Of a stretch of DNA of 64,000 nucleotides, positions 38,240 to 48,622 are shown one piece after another. The notes beneath the pieces were generated by a model, which saw nothing but the letters and a program-made list of their open reading frames with translations, had not been told where the DNA came from and ran no database searches. The translations under genes and the position numbers were made by a program. This DNA comes from an uncultured Pseudomonadota bacterium (GTDB lineage: Bacteria > Desulfobacterota > Binatia > Binatales > Binataceae), in NCBI GenBank assembly GCA_963804355.1, contig CAWDQC010000029.1, positions 3,319 through 67,318 of the forward strand, read 5' to 3'. Each line of letters starts with the position of its first letter. Within the stretch, counting starts at the first letter, position 1.

Positions 38240-38551
38240 TCAGGATAGGGCTTCGGGCGGAGGGCTATCGGGCGCGATGCGCAGGTCGGCGAGCGACCTC
38301 CATAGGGCGATTGGGGTCATACCAATCGCAAGGAGGCCTGGATGCGAAGGGATTGGCGCCGGCCGCGCAAGCGGATTTCCCGATATTGTCGCGGCAGGTT
38401 GTAGCGGCTGACAGACGTTCACAGTGAACGTCGTCTGCGTCGAACTACGAACAACAGTGAAACCAGAAACGAGAGGAAGGGTTCCCAACAGGACGGACAT
38501 CGCCACGATTGTGGCGAGGAGACGCGTCTGAGTTTGGGGTGGCCGCTTCAT
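38240..38551 (-). CDS. Hypothetical small secreted protein
   Basis: MKRPPQTQTRLLATIVAMSVLLGTLPLVSGFTVVRSSTQTTFTVNVCQPLQP... has a signal-like N-terminus but no homology. It lies upstream of the copper operon. Confidence 0.25.
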   Translation of the reverse strand: MKRPPQTQTRLLATIVAMSVLLGTLPLVSGFTVVRSSTQTTFTVNVCQPLQPAATISGNPLARPAPIPSHPGLLAIGMTPIALWRSLADLRIAPDSPPPEALS

Positions 38552-38828
38552 GTGCGCGTGGATGCTAGACCAGACCTCGATACAGCTCAAGCTCAAGCCG
38601 TTCGAGCGCCCGATCATACATCGGACGCTTGGATTTCAGCGAGCGCGAGTCTCCTATGTGGAAGTGCGCACGGCTGCTCAATCGAATCAGGTGAGATGAA
38701 GAGACCAGATTCGACTTGCGGGGTCTGACCGGCTGTACGCCCGGATGCCAGCATATGACTCGAAGGGCTGGCATCCGTTTGCGGCGGCGGTGCGGGTTTC
38801 TCGTAGCGGCTATTACAGAGATCCCGCG

Positions 38829-39812
38829 TCAATTCTCATTGATGTAATAACAACCGTTTTGGCAGACGTCGCTTTGGTAATTACCCGAAAGTCCGATGGC
38901 CTGGCGGATCGAAATTTTGCGACCAGCGCCGTTGACGGTGTCTCCAACCGCCGTACAGCCGCTATAGTTTGCGCCAGAATGTTGCTGAACTGTTCCGCAT
39001 GTGAGCCCAACGAAGTATCCGTCTCCGCATCCATTGACTCTGCAGCCGTAACCCGTCGCATATTGATCGCGCGTGACATAGTTGTAACTGACGGTCGTTC
39101 CCGGAAGGCTTTGTCCGCCACCGTCAAGTTCAGGGCCTAAAATGCAATCCAATGAATAGTTATGGTCGATGTGTGAGTTCCTTACGTTGTCGAATGTCGC
39201 CCCGTAAAGCCCGCAGTATCTAAAATCATTGTTGCTCACAGTTATGTTGCTGGGCTGCGAGAATACGCTGCTGCCGTAGACTTCGATCGCGGCTTGACCG
39301 TAGGAGTGTAAGAACTGGTTGTCGACGAAAGTCAGATTGCTCGAGGTTCCGGAATAACCGCCGACCAAAATCAGAAAATTATATTGTGGCGGTGTTGGAT
39401 AGGAGGGCGGCAGTGTCACCGGTGTGCCTTGTAAGGTGCAGTTGCTAAGTGACGAATTGGAGACATTATCGAAGAGGAATAGAGACGTATCACCGTCGGT
39501 GTTGGGGTTGATCAAGGTAACATTGCGGCTCGCGCACTGGATGTTCTTATTGCTAGGCACGTCTATTCTGCGCGCGATGCTGCAAACTGAACCCGAGATC
39601 AGGACATCGCCGGATGCGTGGATCGCTGATTGCAAACCAGTGCTGTTGTCTCCTCCGACACAATTATAGGTGTGCGGGCTGTTCAGTTTTGGCAACGGTG
39701 CCGAACCGGCGCCATAGCTTTGCGCCTTCCCAATTGCAGGTGTGAAGAATGTGAGTAGGCCGAGACCGAGGAGCATGAAAATGCCCCTCCGCGCGATAGC
39801 GCTTCGCTTCAT
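38829..39812 (-). CDS. Secreted right-handed parallel beta-helix repeat protein (pectin-lyase fold)
   Basis: Signal peptide MKRSAIARRGIFMLLGLGLLTFFTPAIGKAQ. Repeated N-rich turns (NVTLINPN, DNVSNSSLSNCTL, SNITVSNNDFRYCG, DNVRNSHIDHNYS) are typical of beta-helix coils. The protein is Cys-rich and the gene is lower-GC. Confidence 0.7.
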   Translation of the reverse strand: MKRSAIARRGIFMLLGLGLLTFFTPAIGKAQSYGAGSAPLPKLNSPHTYNCVGGDNSTGLQSAIHASGDVLISGSVCSIARRIDVPSNKNIQCASRNVTLINPNTDGDTSLFLFDNVSNSSLSNCTLQGTPVTLPPSYPTPPQYNFLILVGGYSGTSSNLTFVDNQFLHSYGQAAIEVYGSSVFSQPSNITVSNNDFRYCGLYGATFDNVRNSHIDHNYSLDCILGPELDGGGQSLPGTTVSYNYVTRDQYATGYGCRVNGCGDGYFVGLTCGTVQQHSGANYSGCTAVGDTVNGAGRKISIRQAIGLSGNYQSDVCQNGCYYINEN

Positions 39813-40466
39813 TTTTGTTTCCCCCGGACGAGTATATTTCTTGACAGCGGAGCGAAGGCGTCACAAAGAGGCACTACGGCGCAGCATCACTGGCCGTGGC
39901 CTGAGAAGCCTAAGTCTTACTCTAGAAGCAGAAGATCAGCAGGCAGGAATACGACCCACCACCATCCATTCCGCAACCGGAAATTCGCTGTCGGCGCATG
40001 TATAGCCGCTGACCACAGTCTTTTCAACCCAATCGGGCGAAAAAAAGAGAGAATAAAAATTGAAGATTCGATGACGCGAATTCTCAGCGCGGTTCGTAGT
40101 TACCCAAAAGGCGAAGTCTAAATCTATATGGCGCATCGCATGATTTCTGTTGCAACACGGAACTGCGCAATCCGACGCGTAACATAAAGTTCCGCACGTG
40201 ATGTCCGGATGATGTTCAGAATTCCGGGGCCTTGTTAAGAAAACAAAAAGTAGAAATTCTCGTCGGATGGAACGAAGATGCGGACGTCGGTGCGCTCCCA
40301 AGTTTTAGGCTCCTGGACGCCAGAGTATTTTTGTGCGGAGGTGGAACGGACGATGCAACCGCGATGAACGACGACGCGTAACTTGGTTTTTACCCGGGTT
40401 CGTTGCTTTAATGAATTACCGGATGCTCCGAGCGTCTGAAGAATACCAGGCCAAAGGAGGAAGCAA

Positions 40467-40832
40467 GTGGCAATGCCGACCTGGGACAAATCGGCTTTTC
40501 GGAAAGATATCGAAGGGTTCGTCGGGCACCTCCGCAGCTTGCAAGCCCAAGGCTGTCGCTGGCTGGTCGTTCCACTTACCGAGGATGAAGTGGAGAGCCC
40601 GAGGTGCAGCCAGTGCGGTGTCGACGCTGCAGACGCGGCGCCGCTTTATTCGATCGCCACACACCTGGCCTTCGAAGAAGAGGTACTAAAAGCGCTCGAA
40701 GCGAGTAGCTCACAAGCCGACTACGAGAGTCGAGTTTCTCGGATCATTGAAGAGGAGCCGACTCCGATGGTTTGCAAGAATTGCTGCCCGCGCGACACGC
40801 CTCATCGTCACGACTTCAACCACGCGTTCTAG
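40467..40832 (+). CDS. Hypothetical protein with two Cys pairs (possible zinc-ribbon)
   Basis: Strong RBS AAAGGAGGAAG, 7 nt before the ATG. ...ESPRCSQCGVDA...MVCKNCCPRD. No recognisable family. Confidence 0.45.
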   Translation: MAMPTWDKSAFRKDIEGFVGHLRSLQAQGCRWLVVPLTEDEVESPRCSQCGVDAADAAPLYSIATHLAFEEEVLKALEASSSQADYESRVSRIIEEEPTPMVCKNCCPRDTPHRHDFNHAF

Positions 40833-41225
40833 GTGCTCGAAGTTACGAGAACGTGAAGTCGTCGGTTGATGCAGATAAGGAATCGAGCTAGACCTGAGGG
40901 CCGCTCTGGGAGCGGCTGAAAACGATAGCGCCTCCCCTGCCCGCCTAACTTCTTCCCAACAGCGGCCGGCGCAATTCGACGAACTGAAGTGAACGGTACC
41001 GAGCGCGCCGACTGATTCGAGTAACTTCTTGATCGGCGAGAGCAGTCGCGGAGCCGAGACACCCAAGATACTGGCCTAAAATTCACCTGACCCAGCGGTC
41101 AGCATAGCAGCTTTGGACCTCTTGAAAAACTTTAAGGAGTGACGTAACAGTCGTTGAGAGGCTTAGCTTTGATAGTGATAAATAGACCTAATAATCACCA
41201 TAATAGGTTAGTTAGAGTATTCGAT

Positions 41226-41366
41226 ATGTCTTATCTTTCGGCGGTTACGATGGTATTGGATCAGGGTGACCTTAAGCTTTCTATTGCGAGGCCAGATGAC
41301 TTCACGACAGCTAGCGGGCCCCCTGGTCACAATTTGAATCTGAAAGGATCTCTTACGAAGGTATGA
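41226..41366 (+). CDS. Small ORF (46 aa from the ATG at 41226; the ORF track starts it at the GTG at 41154), translationally coupled (ATGA) to the downstream 356-aa gene
   Basis: MSYLSAVTMVLDQGDLKLSIARPDDFTTASGPPGHNLNLKGSLTKV. It is preceded by an AT-rich promoter-like region (TTGATA...CATAAT). Its stop overlaps the start of the next gene. Confidence 0.35.
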   Translation: MSYLSAVTMVLDQGDLKLSIARPDDFTTASGPPGHNLNLKGSLTKV

Positions 41367-42433
41367 CCGAATCTTCCGCACCTCTGAAGAGGGCCTGTGA
41401 GCCGATCCATCGTATAACCCCGCATGCGGTCCGCTGCGGTGCGCTAGCAGGATCGTTTCAGACAGGTGCGAACGCGGTAGTTCTCGGCGGTGATGAACGT
41501 ATTCCCAGTCTATTTCGGTCCGTTTTAGACTGGCTCGGATTCGAAGATTCGAGCGGTCCGGAATGCTTCGGGACCAATCTGATCGACCTTGCCAGAAATC
41601 ACCTGAAAGAGAATGCCAACGCGGGCGATATGTTGCGCTTTCAGCCCGGCGTATTCGGTCACCTTGCGCGCAAATTTATTGTCTTTCGAAGGGGCCCGGA
41701 TCAGCCGATCAGGGCGTTCCCTAACTCATTTCATGTGAACAATCGCCGTGTTTTGGTGCCGTACGAGATAATCGAGAAGGCCTGGGGTTTGGTCTCCGAA
41801 ATCCTGATGAGCGCGATGCCTCAAGAGGTCGAACGTTCGGACTATGCGGCGGAGGTCGACATTCTCGTCTATCCGACTTCGAGCGGAGACATCAACGGTC
41901 TCACTACACTACTGGCCGATTCTTGCGGGGCGTGGTCGCGACTGGGTCATCGAATCGACGCCAACAAGGGCCAGGCGGCCGGTCTCTTTGACAAGAAAGT
42001 CGCCAGGGAATTGTTCGCGATCGCGTCTCTAATTCCTGGGCTAAAAGATCTGGTGACGAGGCTAAACGATATCGCGATCGCCAATGATATTGCTTCCCCT
42101 CGCGACTATCGAATTGTTGGCGGTCCGCATATCGACAAGAGCAAGTTTGTCACGGGATTGATTGGCAACAGGCACAACCTGCAAACCCAGATTTTCTCCG
42201 GAAAGCGCTGGATCCCGCTGCCGGTCAATGCCGACACGATAACGATGTTCCCCGGCCTGAAGATCGGTCCGCTAACCAAGATTCCTCCGACACGTCACCG
42301 GATCCTTATGGAGCGGCCGCTCGACGACCAAGAGAACAGCAGCGAACGAAACATAACGCTGAGTCTGGCCGTTGTCTCCCGTCCACCAAACCTTCCCGAA
42401 GATTCCGCGATTACCGCAGCGGAATTGAGTTAG
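41363..42433 (+). CDS. Hypothetical protein, 356 aa; C-terminal half has a candidate HxD...H...R Fe(II)/2-oxoglutarate-oxygenase-like (PhyH-like) pattern
   Basis: Intact ORF. ...RIVGGPHIDKSKFVTG...(about 70 aa)...PPTRHRILMERP. It is otherwise unassigned and lower-GC than its surroundings. Confidence 0.5.
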   Translation: MTESSAPLKRACEPIHRITPHAVRCGALAGSFQTGANAVVLGGDERIPSLFRSVLDWLGFEDSSGPECFGTNLIDLARNHLKENANAGDMLRFQPGVFGHLARKFIVFRRGPDQPIRAFPNSFHVNNRRVLVPYEIIEKAWGLVSEILMSAMPQEVERSDYAAEVDILVYPTSSGDINGLTTLLADSCGAWSRLGHRIDANKGQAAGLFDKKVARELFAIASLIPGLKDLVTRLNDIAIANDIASPRDYRIVGGPHIDKSKFVTGLIGNRHNLQTQIFSGKRWIPLPVNADTITMFPGLKIGPLTKIPPTRHRILMERPLDDQENSSERNITLSLAVVSRPPNLPEDSAITAAELS

Positions 42434-42690
42434 CTCCCTCTCGTGTACCGATAAAGGTTGGCTGGGCCGCTGACGAGGCCGGCATCGACCTCGCGAAGAT
42501 CTGCGGAGCGCCGCCGTTGAATTCGATAGCCACGACGAGTTGCATGATGCAACTCTTGACGGCCCCGGTTCGCCCATGTCAGAGCTAATTCAAGAATAAC
42601 GTGTGCCCTAAGACAGGGATGATAGCCACTTGAAGGGATTCAGGAGACAAGCAGCGGGAACGTCCGGCTATCGATGTAGAGGAGATATCA

Positions 42691-43158
42691 ATGGAAACCA
42701 TTCGATTCGATGAGGTCGATCGACTGCGCTCAAAAATCAGTGCCGACTTCGGGCCTTGGAGCAAGCCGATTGCAGTGACCCAGGAAAAGATTAACCAGTT
42801 TGCGGATGTTACCGGCGACCATCAGTGGATCCACATAGATATCGAACGCGCCAAGCGCGACAGCCCGTTCCGCGGACCAGTCGCGCATGGGTTTCTCACT
42901 CTTAGTTTGCTGCCCGCGTTCGAAATTGACAGCGGGTGGAACGTCACGGGCTACCGCAACGTGGTGAACTACGGCGCCAACAAGTTGCGTTTTATCTCGC
43001 CCGTTCCCGCGGGGGCCGAGGTTCATGCTCGTCAACGGGTTGTTGCGGTAGACGCGCGTCCGCAAGGTACCCAGATAACGCAGGAAACCCAAGTTCAAGT
43101 CGTTGGCCAGGATAAGCCGGCGATCATCTATGAGGGGATCTTTCTTTACGTCAAATAG
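42691..43158 (+). CDS. MaoC-like (R)-specific enoyl-CoA hydratase / hotdog-fold dehydratase
   Basis: RBS GAGGAG. ...FADVTGDHQWIHIDIERAKRDSPFRGPVAHGFLTLSLLP... is the MaoC dehydratase motif. Confidence 0.85.
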   Translation: METIRFDEVDRLRSKISADFGPWSKPIAVTQEKINQFADVTGDHQWIHIDIERAKRDSPFRGPVAHGFLTLSLLPAFEIDSGWNVTGYRNVVNYGANKLRFISPVPAGAEVHARQRVVAVDARPQGTQITQETQVQVVGQDKPAIIYEGIFLYVK

Positions 43159-43288
43159 ATGGTAGATATAGCGACTCGATTTGCCCGAGCTGGATCTTCC
43201 GGTCGCATCTGGAAAGATGGCCGGATGGCCGGTTTAATAGACGATTGCGCAATAAGTCTGTTATCCAAGGTCAGGAAAGGAGTTCCTC

Positions 43289-43702
43289 GTGAGGACAACT
43301 AGAACCTTGAGCTTTTTGGTGGCGGCAGCCCTGATCATGACATTGACCGCCACGGCACGAGTCTTTGCCCAGTCGGCCAGCGAATCGATGCATGATGCGA
43401 AAGAATCGACAGAGAACGCGGCCTCGAGCACGGGCCACGCGATCGGGCATGTCTATCACGCCACTACTACGGCGGTTGAGGATTCCACGATCACGGGCAA
43501 AATAAAGGCGGCGCTGCACGAGGACAAGGTTACGAAAGACGCCGACATCCATGTTAAGACAGTGGCGGGCGTCGTCACGCTACGCGGCTCAGTCACATCG
43601 AGTGTTGTCTCCGAGCATGCGCAACATCTGGCGGCGGAAGCGAGCGGCGTTAAGAGTGTGAGGAACAGGCTGAAGCTCGCGAGCCCTCAAGCAGCCAACT
43701 GA
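43289..43702 (+). CDS. BON domain secreted protein (OsmY-like)
   Basis: GTG start after AAAGGAG. Signal peptide MRTTRTLSFLVAAALIMTLTATARVFA. ...ITGKIKAALHEDKVTKDADIHVKTVAGVVTLRGSVTSSVVSEHAQHLAAEASGVKSVRNRLKL is the BON motif. Confidence 0.8.
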   Translation: MRTTRTLSFLVAAALIMTLTATARVFAQSASESMHDAKESTENAASSTGHAIGHVYHATTTAVEDSTITGKIKAALHEDKVTKDADIHVKTVAGVVTLRGSVTSSVVSEHAQHLAAEASGVKSVRNRLKLASPQAAN

Positions 43703-43949
43703 GCTCGCAGGGCGATCGTGGCCACGGCATCGTCGTTGAGAATTTAGGCGAGCGTTCTCGACGTGATGAGCATTCCAAACCCTTAGCCGGATTTTTCGAA
43801 CCTGAGCGTCGGTAGGTTCGCGTCGAAGTTGCAATGGCTCCGACGGCAACATCTATCCGGCCCACGTCCGATACGCCCGCTCACTCATTTTAATATTGCC
43901 GGTCGCCAACGCAGCAACATTCCTCCTATCGATCTAGACTGCGGTCCCA

Positions 43950-45461
43950 ATGAGAGCACGCAGTTTGATGGTGATGGGGACTGCTTCCGATGTCGGCAAG
44001 AGCGTCGTGGTGACCGCGCTTTGCCGGCTACTCGCCAGTAAAGGAATCCGGGTCGCGCCGTTCAAAGCGCAGAACATGTCGAACAACGCGGCAGTTTGCC
44101 CAAGCGGAGGGGAGATCGGGCGCGCCCAAGCTGTTCAGGCCGAGGCTTGTGGCCTCGAGCCAACCGTCGACATGAATCCCGTGCTGCTAAAACCCGAAAG
44201 CGATCACACCTGCCAGGTTGTGATTGCCGGCCACGCGCGGTTTCAGATGACCAGCATGGGAATACGACCATTATAGAGAGGCGGCGTGGCCGGAGATCGT
44301 AAAAAGCTACCAACGCTTGTCGCAGAATTTCGAAGTTATTGTGATCGAAGGGGCGGAGCTGCCGAGGTGAACCTGCGGCATCGCGATATCGTCAATTGGG
44401 CAGTGGCCGACCTCGCAGATTCGCCGGTGGTAATCGTTGGCGACATCGACAAAGGAGGTGTGCTCGCGTCGTTGGTGGGGACCACAGCGCTGCTGACGTC
44501 TGACGAACGCCGGCGCGTGAAGGGGTTTATCATTAATAAGTTTCGTGGCGACCCGGCGTTACTGTACGACGGTCTGCAGATTATCGAGCAACACACGGGC
44601 GTGCCAGTTCTCGGAGTCCTCCCTTTTGCGGGAAGCCTGGAAATTCCGGAAGAGGACGGCGCAGGGCTCAAGGCTGCGACTAATTCGAAGCTGGACCGAC
44701 CGATTAAAATCGGGGTGGTCGTGGTGCCTCGCATTTCGAACTATACGGATTTCGAGCCGTTGCTTGCGGAGGATGACGTCTCCCTCCAGTACTTCGAAAA
44801 TCCCGGGCGCGCCGGAACTCTGGATGTGCTTTGTCTCCCCGTGAGCAAGAGCACGATTGCCGATCTGGCTTGGCTGCGCGATCGCGGATGGGAGAAATAT
44901 ATCGCAGATCACCGGCGCGCCGCGGAGCGAGTGATTGGAATCTGCGGTGGCTATCAGATGATGGGGAAGCGTATCGATGATCCGGGACACGTCGAGAGTG
45001 AAGTCGGCACCGCGATCGGTCTGGGGCTGCTGGATGTAGAGACGGTCTTCGAGGGCGAGAAAATTACGATTCAAGTTGAGGGAACCCCTGTCGCATCAGG
45101 GTTGCCGATATCCGGATACGAAATTCATTGCGGTCGGGTCACGCGGCTCGGGGGCGAAGGAATGTTGCGTATCGGACCCGCGAAGAAAGAGGATGGCGTT
45201 TCGGAGGGAGCCGTGAGCGCTGACGGTCTGGTCTGGGGTACGTTGGTTCACGGAATTTTCGATGCTCCCGAATTTCGCCGCAACTTCCTGAATGAGATCC
45301 GAAAGACGAAGGGCTTCGAGCCGCTGGAAGCTTTGCGCGAAAACGCGCATGACCTCCGCGTCCAGGCATACGATCGGTTTGCGCAATTGCTCCAGAGTCA
45401 TCTCGATATCGCGGCGGTGGCGAGGCTAATCGGAATCGATCCTGATTTATTAAATGATTGA
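43950..45461 (+). CDS. cobQ: Cobyric acid synthase CobQ (both domains: CobQ ATPase and class-I glutamine amidotransferase); about 2 frameshifts near 44250-44350
   Basis: [85 protein letters not shown]..., then ...[40 protein letters not shown]...[17 protein letters not shown]...GYEIHCGRV (GATase Cys/His). Confidence 0.8.
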
Positions 45462-45791
45462 TGCGGGCTCGTCGAAGCTCATTGCTCCCAAAGCATTCTA
45501 GATAGCGCGACGGATCATCTACCGGGAGCGCGCGGCACTCAGAAGCCGCACACTCTATTGCATTCTCATGCCTGGAGGATTAATAGCTGATGGCGCCCTT
45601 GGCTAAGGGAGCTAATTATTGCGAGGGAGGTGAGAATTTAGAATAAGCACTGTCCGCCATAAATACCGCTAAATACAAAAGCAGTACCACACAACGGTCG
45701 TCACTTCTCTTCCAGCCTGGGAGAGCTCAGAAGTGAAGCGGAAGCCATAGGGGACGAATGGCTGCCCGCTTCGGTGATTGAGGGAGGAGTT

Positions 45792-47696
45792 ATGAGACTG
45801 GGTTCGTCGTCGTTCGTGCGTTCTGATTTTTTCGGGGTAGTCGGTAAGTTGTTCGGACTTTCGGTAGCCACCCTGTTTGCGATTGGGTTCGGCGCCTCAC
45901 AGGGATGGGCGGGAGACACTTCCGCTTCTTCGTCCGATTTTCTAAGCGTCAACACTCCGGCAAATACTCTTTTGCCGCAAAGCCAGAGTACCGAAAGTGA
46001 CTGGCTAAGCGGTCTACACGTTTCGGGTTATGCCAGCCAGACCTTCGGCATGTGGCAGGATCCGACCGGCCTTAAGGATTACACACCCAGCCGTAACAAC
46101 CTCTCGATCGCTCGGACGCTGTTACAGGTTGACGAAAACTACGGCTCAACGATTCAACAATTTCTTCATGCGGGAATGGTTCGTTTACGAACCGCCGTAT
46201 TCATTCAATAGCGCGAACAACGCGGCTTATGGCGCGGCGAGCCGAATCATTCGAGTTTCGGCAGCCATATGAACGGCTACTATAACAACTACCAGGTGCG
46301 CGACGCCTGGTGGGAGAACAAGACCGGACCGCTGACGACCTATCATTGGAAATCAGATCGTCGTATGGGGCCAGTCGGTGGCCTTCCGCGTCGGCGACGT
46401 CGTCAATCCCACTGATACTTGTTGGGCTTTCGGCTTCGCCAACCTCGAGCAGTCCCGGGTGCCGCAATGGATGATCCATCCGATGCTGAACTTGCCGGAG
46501 GCGGGCCCATTCAGCTCGAACTTTGTCGAAGCGATTATCCAGCCGGGCTTCCAGCCGAATTACTGGCCGGAGCAGACAATCGATCCTTATGGCAAGTATA
46601 TCGGCAAAGGCGTCAAGGCGGGTCGCGTGAACGCCGTGCTTTCCGGCGGCCAGTCATGGCCCTAGCGCACGTTTCGACGTTCACTACACAGAATCGCGCC
46701 GAAGTTCGGCTTGTCATATTGCACTGCCGATCGGAGCGTTGCCGGCGGATAACAACCCATTCGGAACGGAGGCCTGGCGTTGCTCATCAGCATTCGCAGC
46801 AGCCACCGAATGCGGCTGGAATCCGCTGCCGCCGAGCCAGCGAAACTTCAACTGCAATCTTGGCTTGAGTAAACACAACAACCCTTACTCGCCAATCGGC
46901 GATGGCACATTGCTCGATATCGGCGTATGGAATATTCCCGGGCATGCAGCCGCAGAACTGGAATGATGGAGTCCGCTTCCATACGCTGCTCGGCGCAACT
47001 GAGTTGACGTGGCTTTACTACAATGACACCATCAACGGCGGCATTCCTTCGGCACGCTCAAGTGGACGCCGTACACCAACCTCTGGAAGTACTCTACTCC
47101 AGACATTCAGAAGACCGGCGTAACCGCGGACCGTCCGCTGCCGATGCCTGCCTCCCTCGCTGAATACTTCCCGGCAGTCTTCCGCGGCGAAATGGTGTAC
47201 CGAATCACGAACAACTTCTCCGACATGAGCCCGCTCAACAATTCGGACTGGCGCAGGCCTAGTCGGACGTAGTCAAGTGGATGGCGGCGATCGACGTCGA
47301 TCAGGCCTATGCGCCGTGGCTGACCAGCACCGGCAACCTGTCGGCCAACTTCGAAGTCGACGACAACATCATCATGGACAACGAGAAGCTCTTCACGGTC
47401 GGTGACGCGATCGATGCGAATCCACCGAAGAACGACGTGAGATTCTGTTGCAGCATCGGAACCTCGTGGCTGTGGGAGGATATCGCGCCGACGTTCACGA
47501 TGATTTATCAGGCGAAGGGACGGAACATCGCGTTGTTCCCATCGCTGGTGCTGAATCCGCCGTGGACCAAGAAGTACTTCCTCAAGCTGCAGGCGATCGA
47601 AGTCATGGGCGGTGACGGTTAGCAATGGCCTGGGTCTGTTCAAGGGCCAGAGCATGCTGACGCGCGCAGTTCCAGTACAACTTCAACCTGCTGTAA
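45792..47696 (+). pseudogene. DUF1302 family outer-membrane protein, copy 1; at least 8 frameshifts and a short internal deletion relative to the intact copy 2
   Basis: RBS GAGGGAGGAG. Seven or more ORF-track fragments are colinear with 48623-50533 (MRLGSSSF...LSVNTPANTLLPQSQSTESDWLSGLHVSGYASQTFGMWQDP...NFFMREWFVYEPPYSF...YQVRDAWWENKTGPLTT...FRVGDVVNPTDTCWAFGFANLEQSR...IPGMQPQNWNDGVRFHTLLGATELT...AIDVDQAYAPWLTSTGNLSANFEVDDNIIMDN...PPWTKKYFLKLQAIEVMGGD...AQFQYNFNLL*). Confidence 0.8.
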
Positions 47697-47720
47697 ACGA
47701 GATTCCGTTTAAACCGGCGG

Positions 47721-47747
47721 ATGCGGCGCGCCTCGGGCGCGCCGCAT
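47721..47747 (+). terminator. GC-rich perfect 12-bp hairpin downstream of DUF1302 copy 1 (no U-tract)
   Basis: ATGCGGCGCGCC-TCG-GGCGCGCCGCAT. Confidence 0.45.
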
Positions 47748-48622
47748 ACCGGCCGCGTCAGTGATACGGTTAGGTGTGTGAGGACTCGCGCACCAATTGG
47801 GCGCGAAGTGGTTTGGGGTTCCGCAGTCTGATGTTTGAGGGATTCGAATGTTTAGACTTGCCCAGGCCGCGGTCGCCGAAGCCGAGCCGCATCCCCGTAG
47901 GATTTCCCCAATTTGTACGTCCTACTTAGGGTCTGGACCCTGCAAGGAGGCCCTTGGGGCGCGCGGATTTCCTCCGCCCGCGCGGCAGGTCAGGGCCTAA
48001 GCCACCCGCCGGCGCCGCGGCTCTGGGCAACAGAGAACATCAATTCGGGCTAGTAGGCGACGCTGTCGTCTTCGCACAACGGCTGAACTTTCCGCTGCTC
48101 GGAATAGAACCCGCCTCATCAGCTCTCAACCCCGCGCGCCGAGTGCCCGACAAATCCTTTGCAATGCTGTCGCGCAGCAGCGCGGTCTGTTTCCGGCCGA
48201 ATATTACGATTCCGTAACGACGAGTTCAATAACGCCCGGCGTGCCGAAGACGGCGCAGAAACTCGGCTCGTCTCGCGCAGCTGAATTCCGGAGATACTAT
48301 TTCACAGCAATTTTAGCCTCGAGGTTGAGTCGCACGAAATATTTCCAAGATTGTAGCCGCAGAAGATGAATCTCAAACTAACGTTGGCGACGTAGGCGTA
48401 ACCCATATTGCATTCCTAAGTCGATCGGATTATTAGCAGTTGGCTGAATCGCAGCCGAGCAACAAAAAAGGAGGTAAAAAATTAAGAATCCTTGAGCCTA
48501 AGGATGGCAGTTTGATTCGCTTGCGGTGGTGAAATGGCCGCAGGAGATCAGGAGCGAGGCAGGACCGTGTTGGGGAACATTGGTTCGCGTCCTTGATGAT
48601 TGGCTGATCGAGGGAGGAAATT

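Noticed and set aside
43703-43949. Cobalamin riboswitch upstream of cobQ
   Set aside because: Only a weak resemblance to a B12 box (GCCCGCTCACT versus GCCACTG). The conserved GGTGCC and GGGAAG elements are not found.
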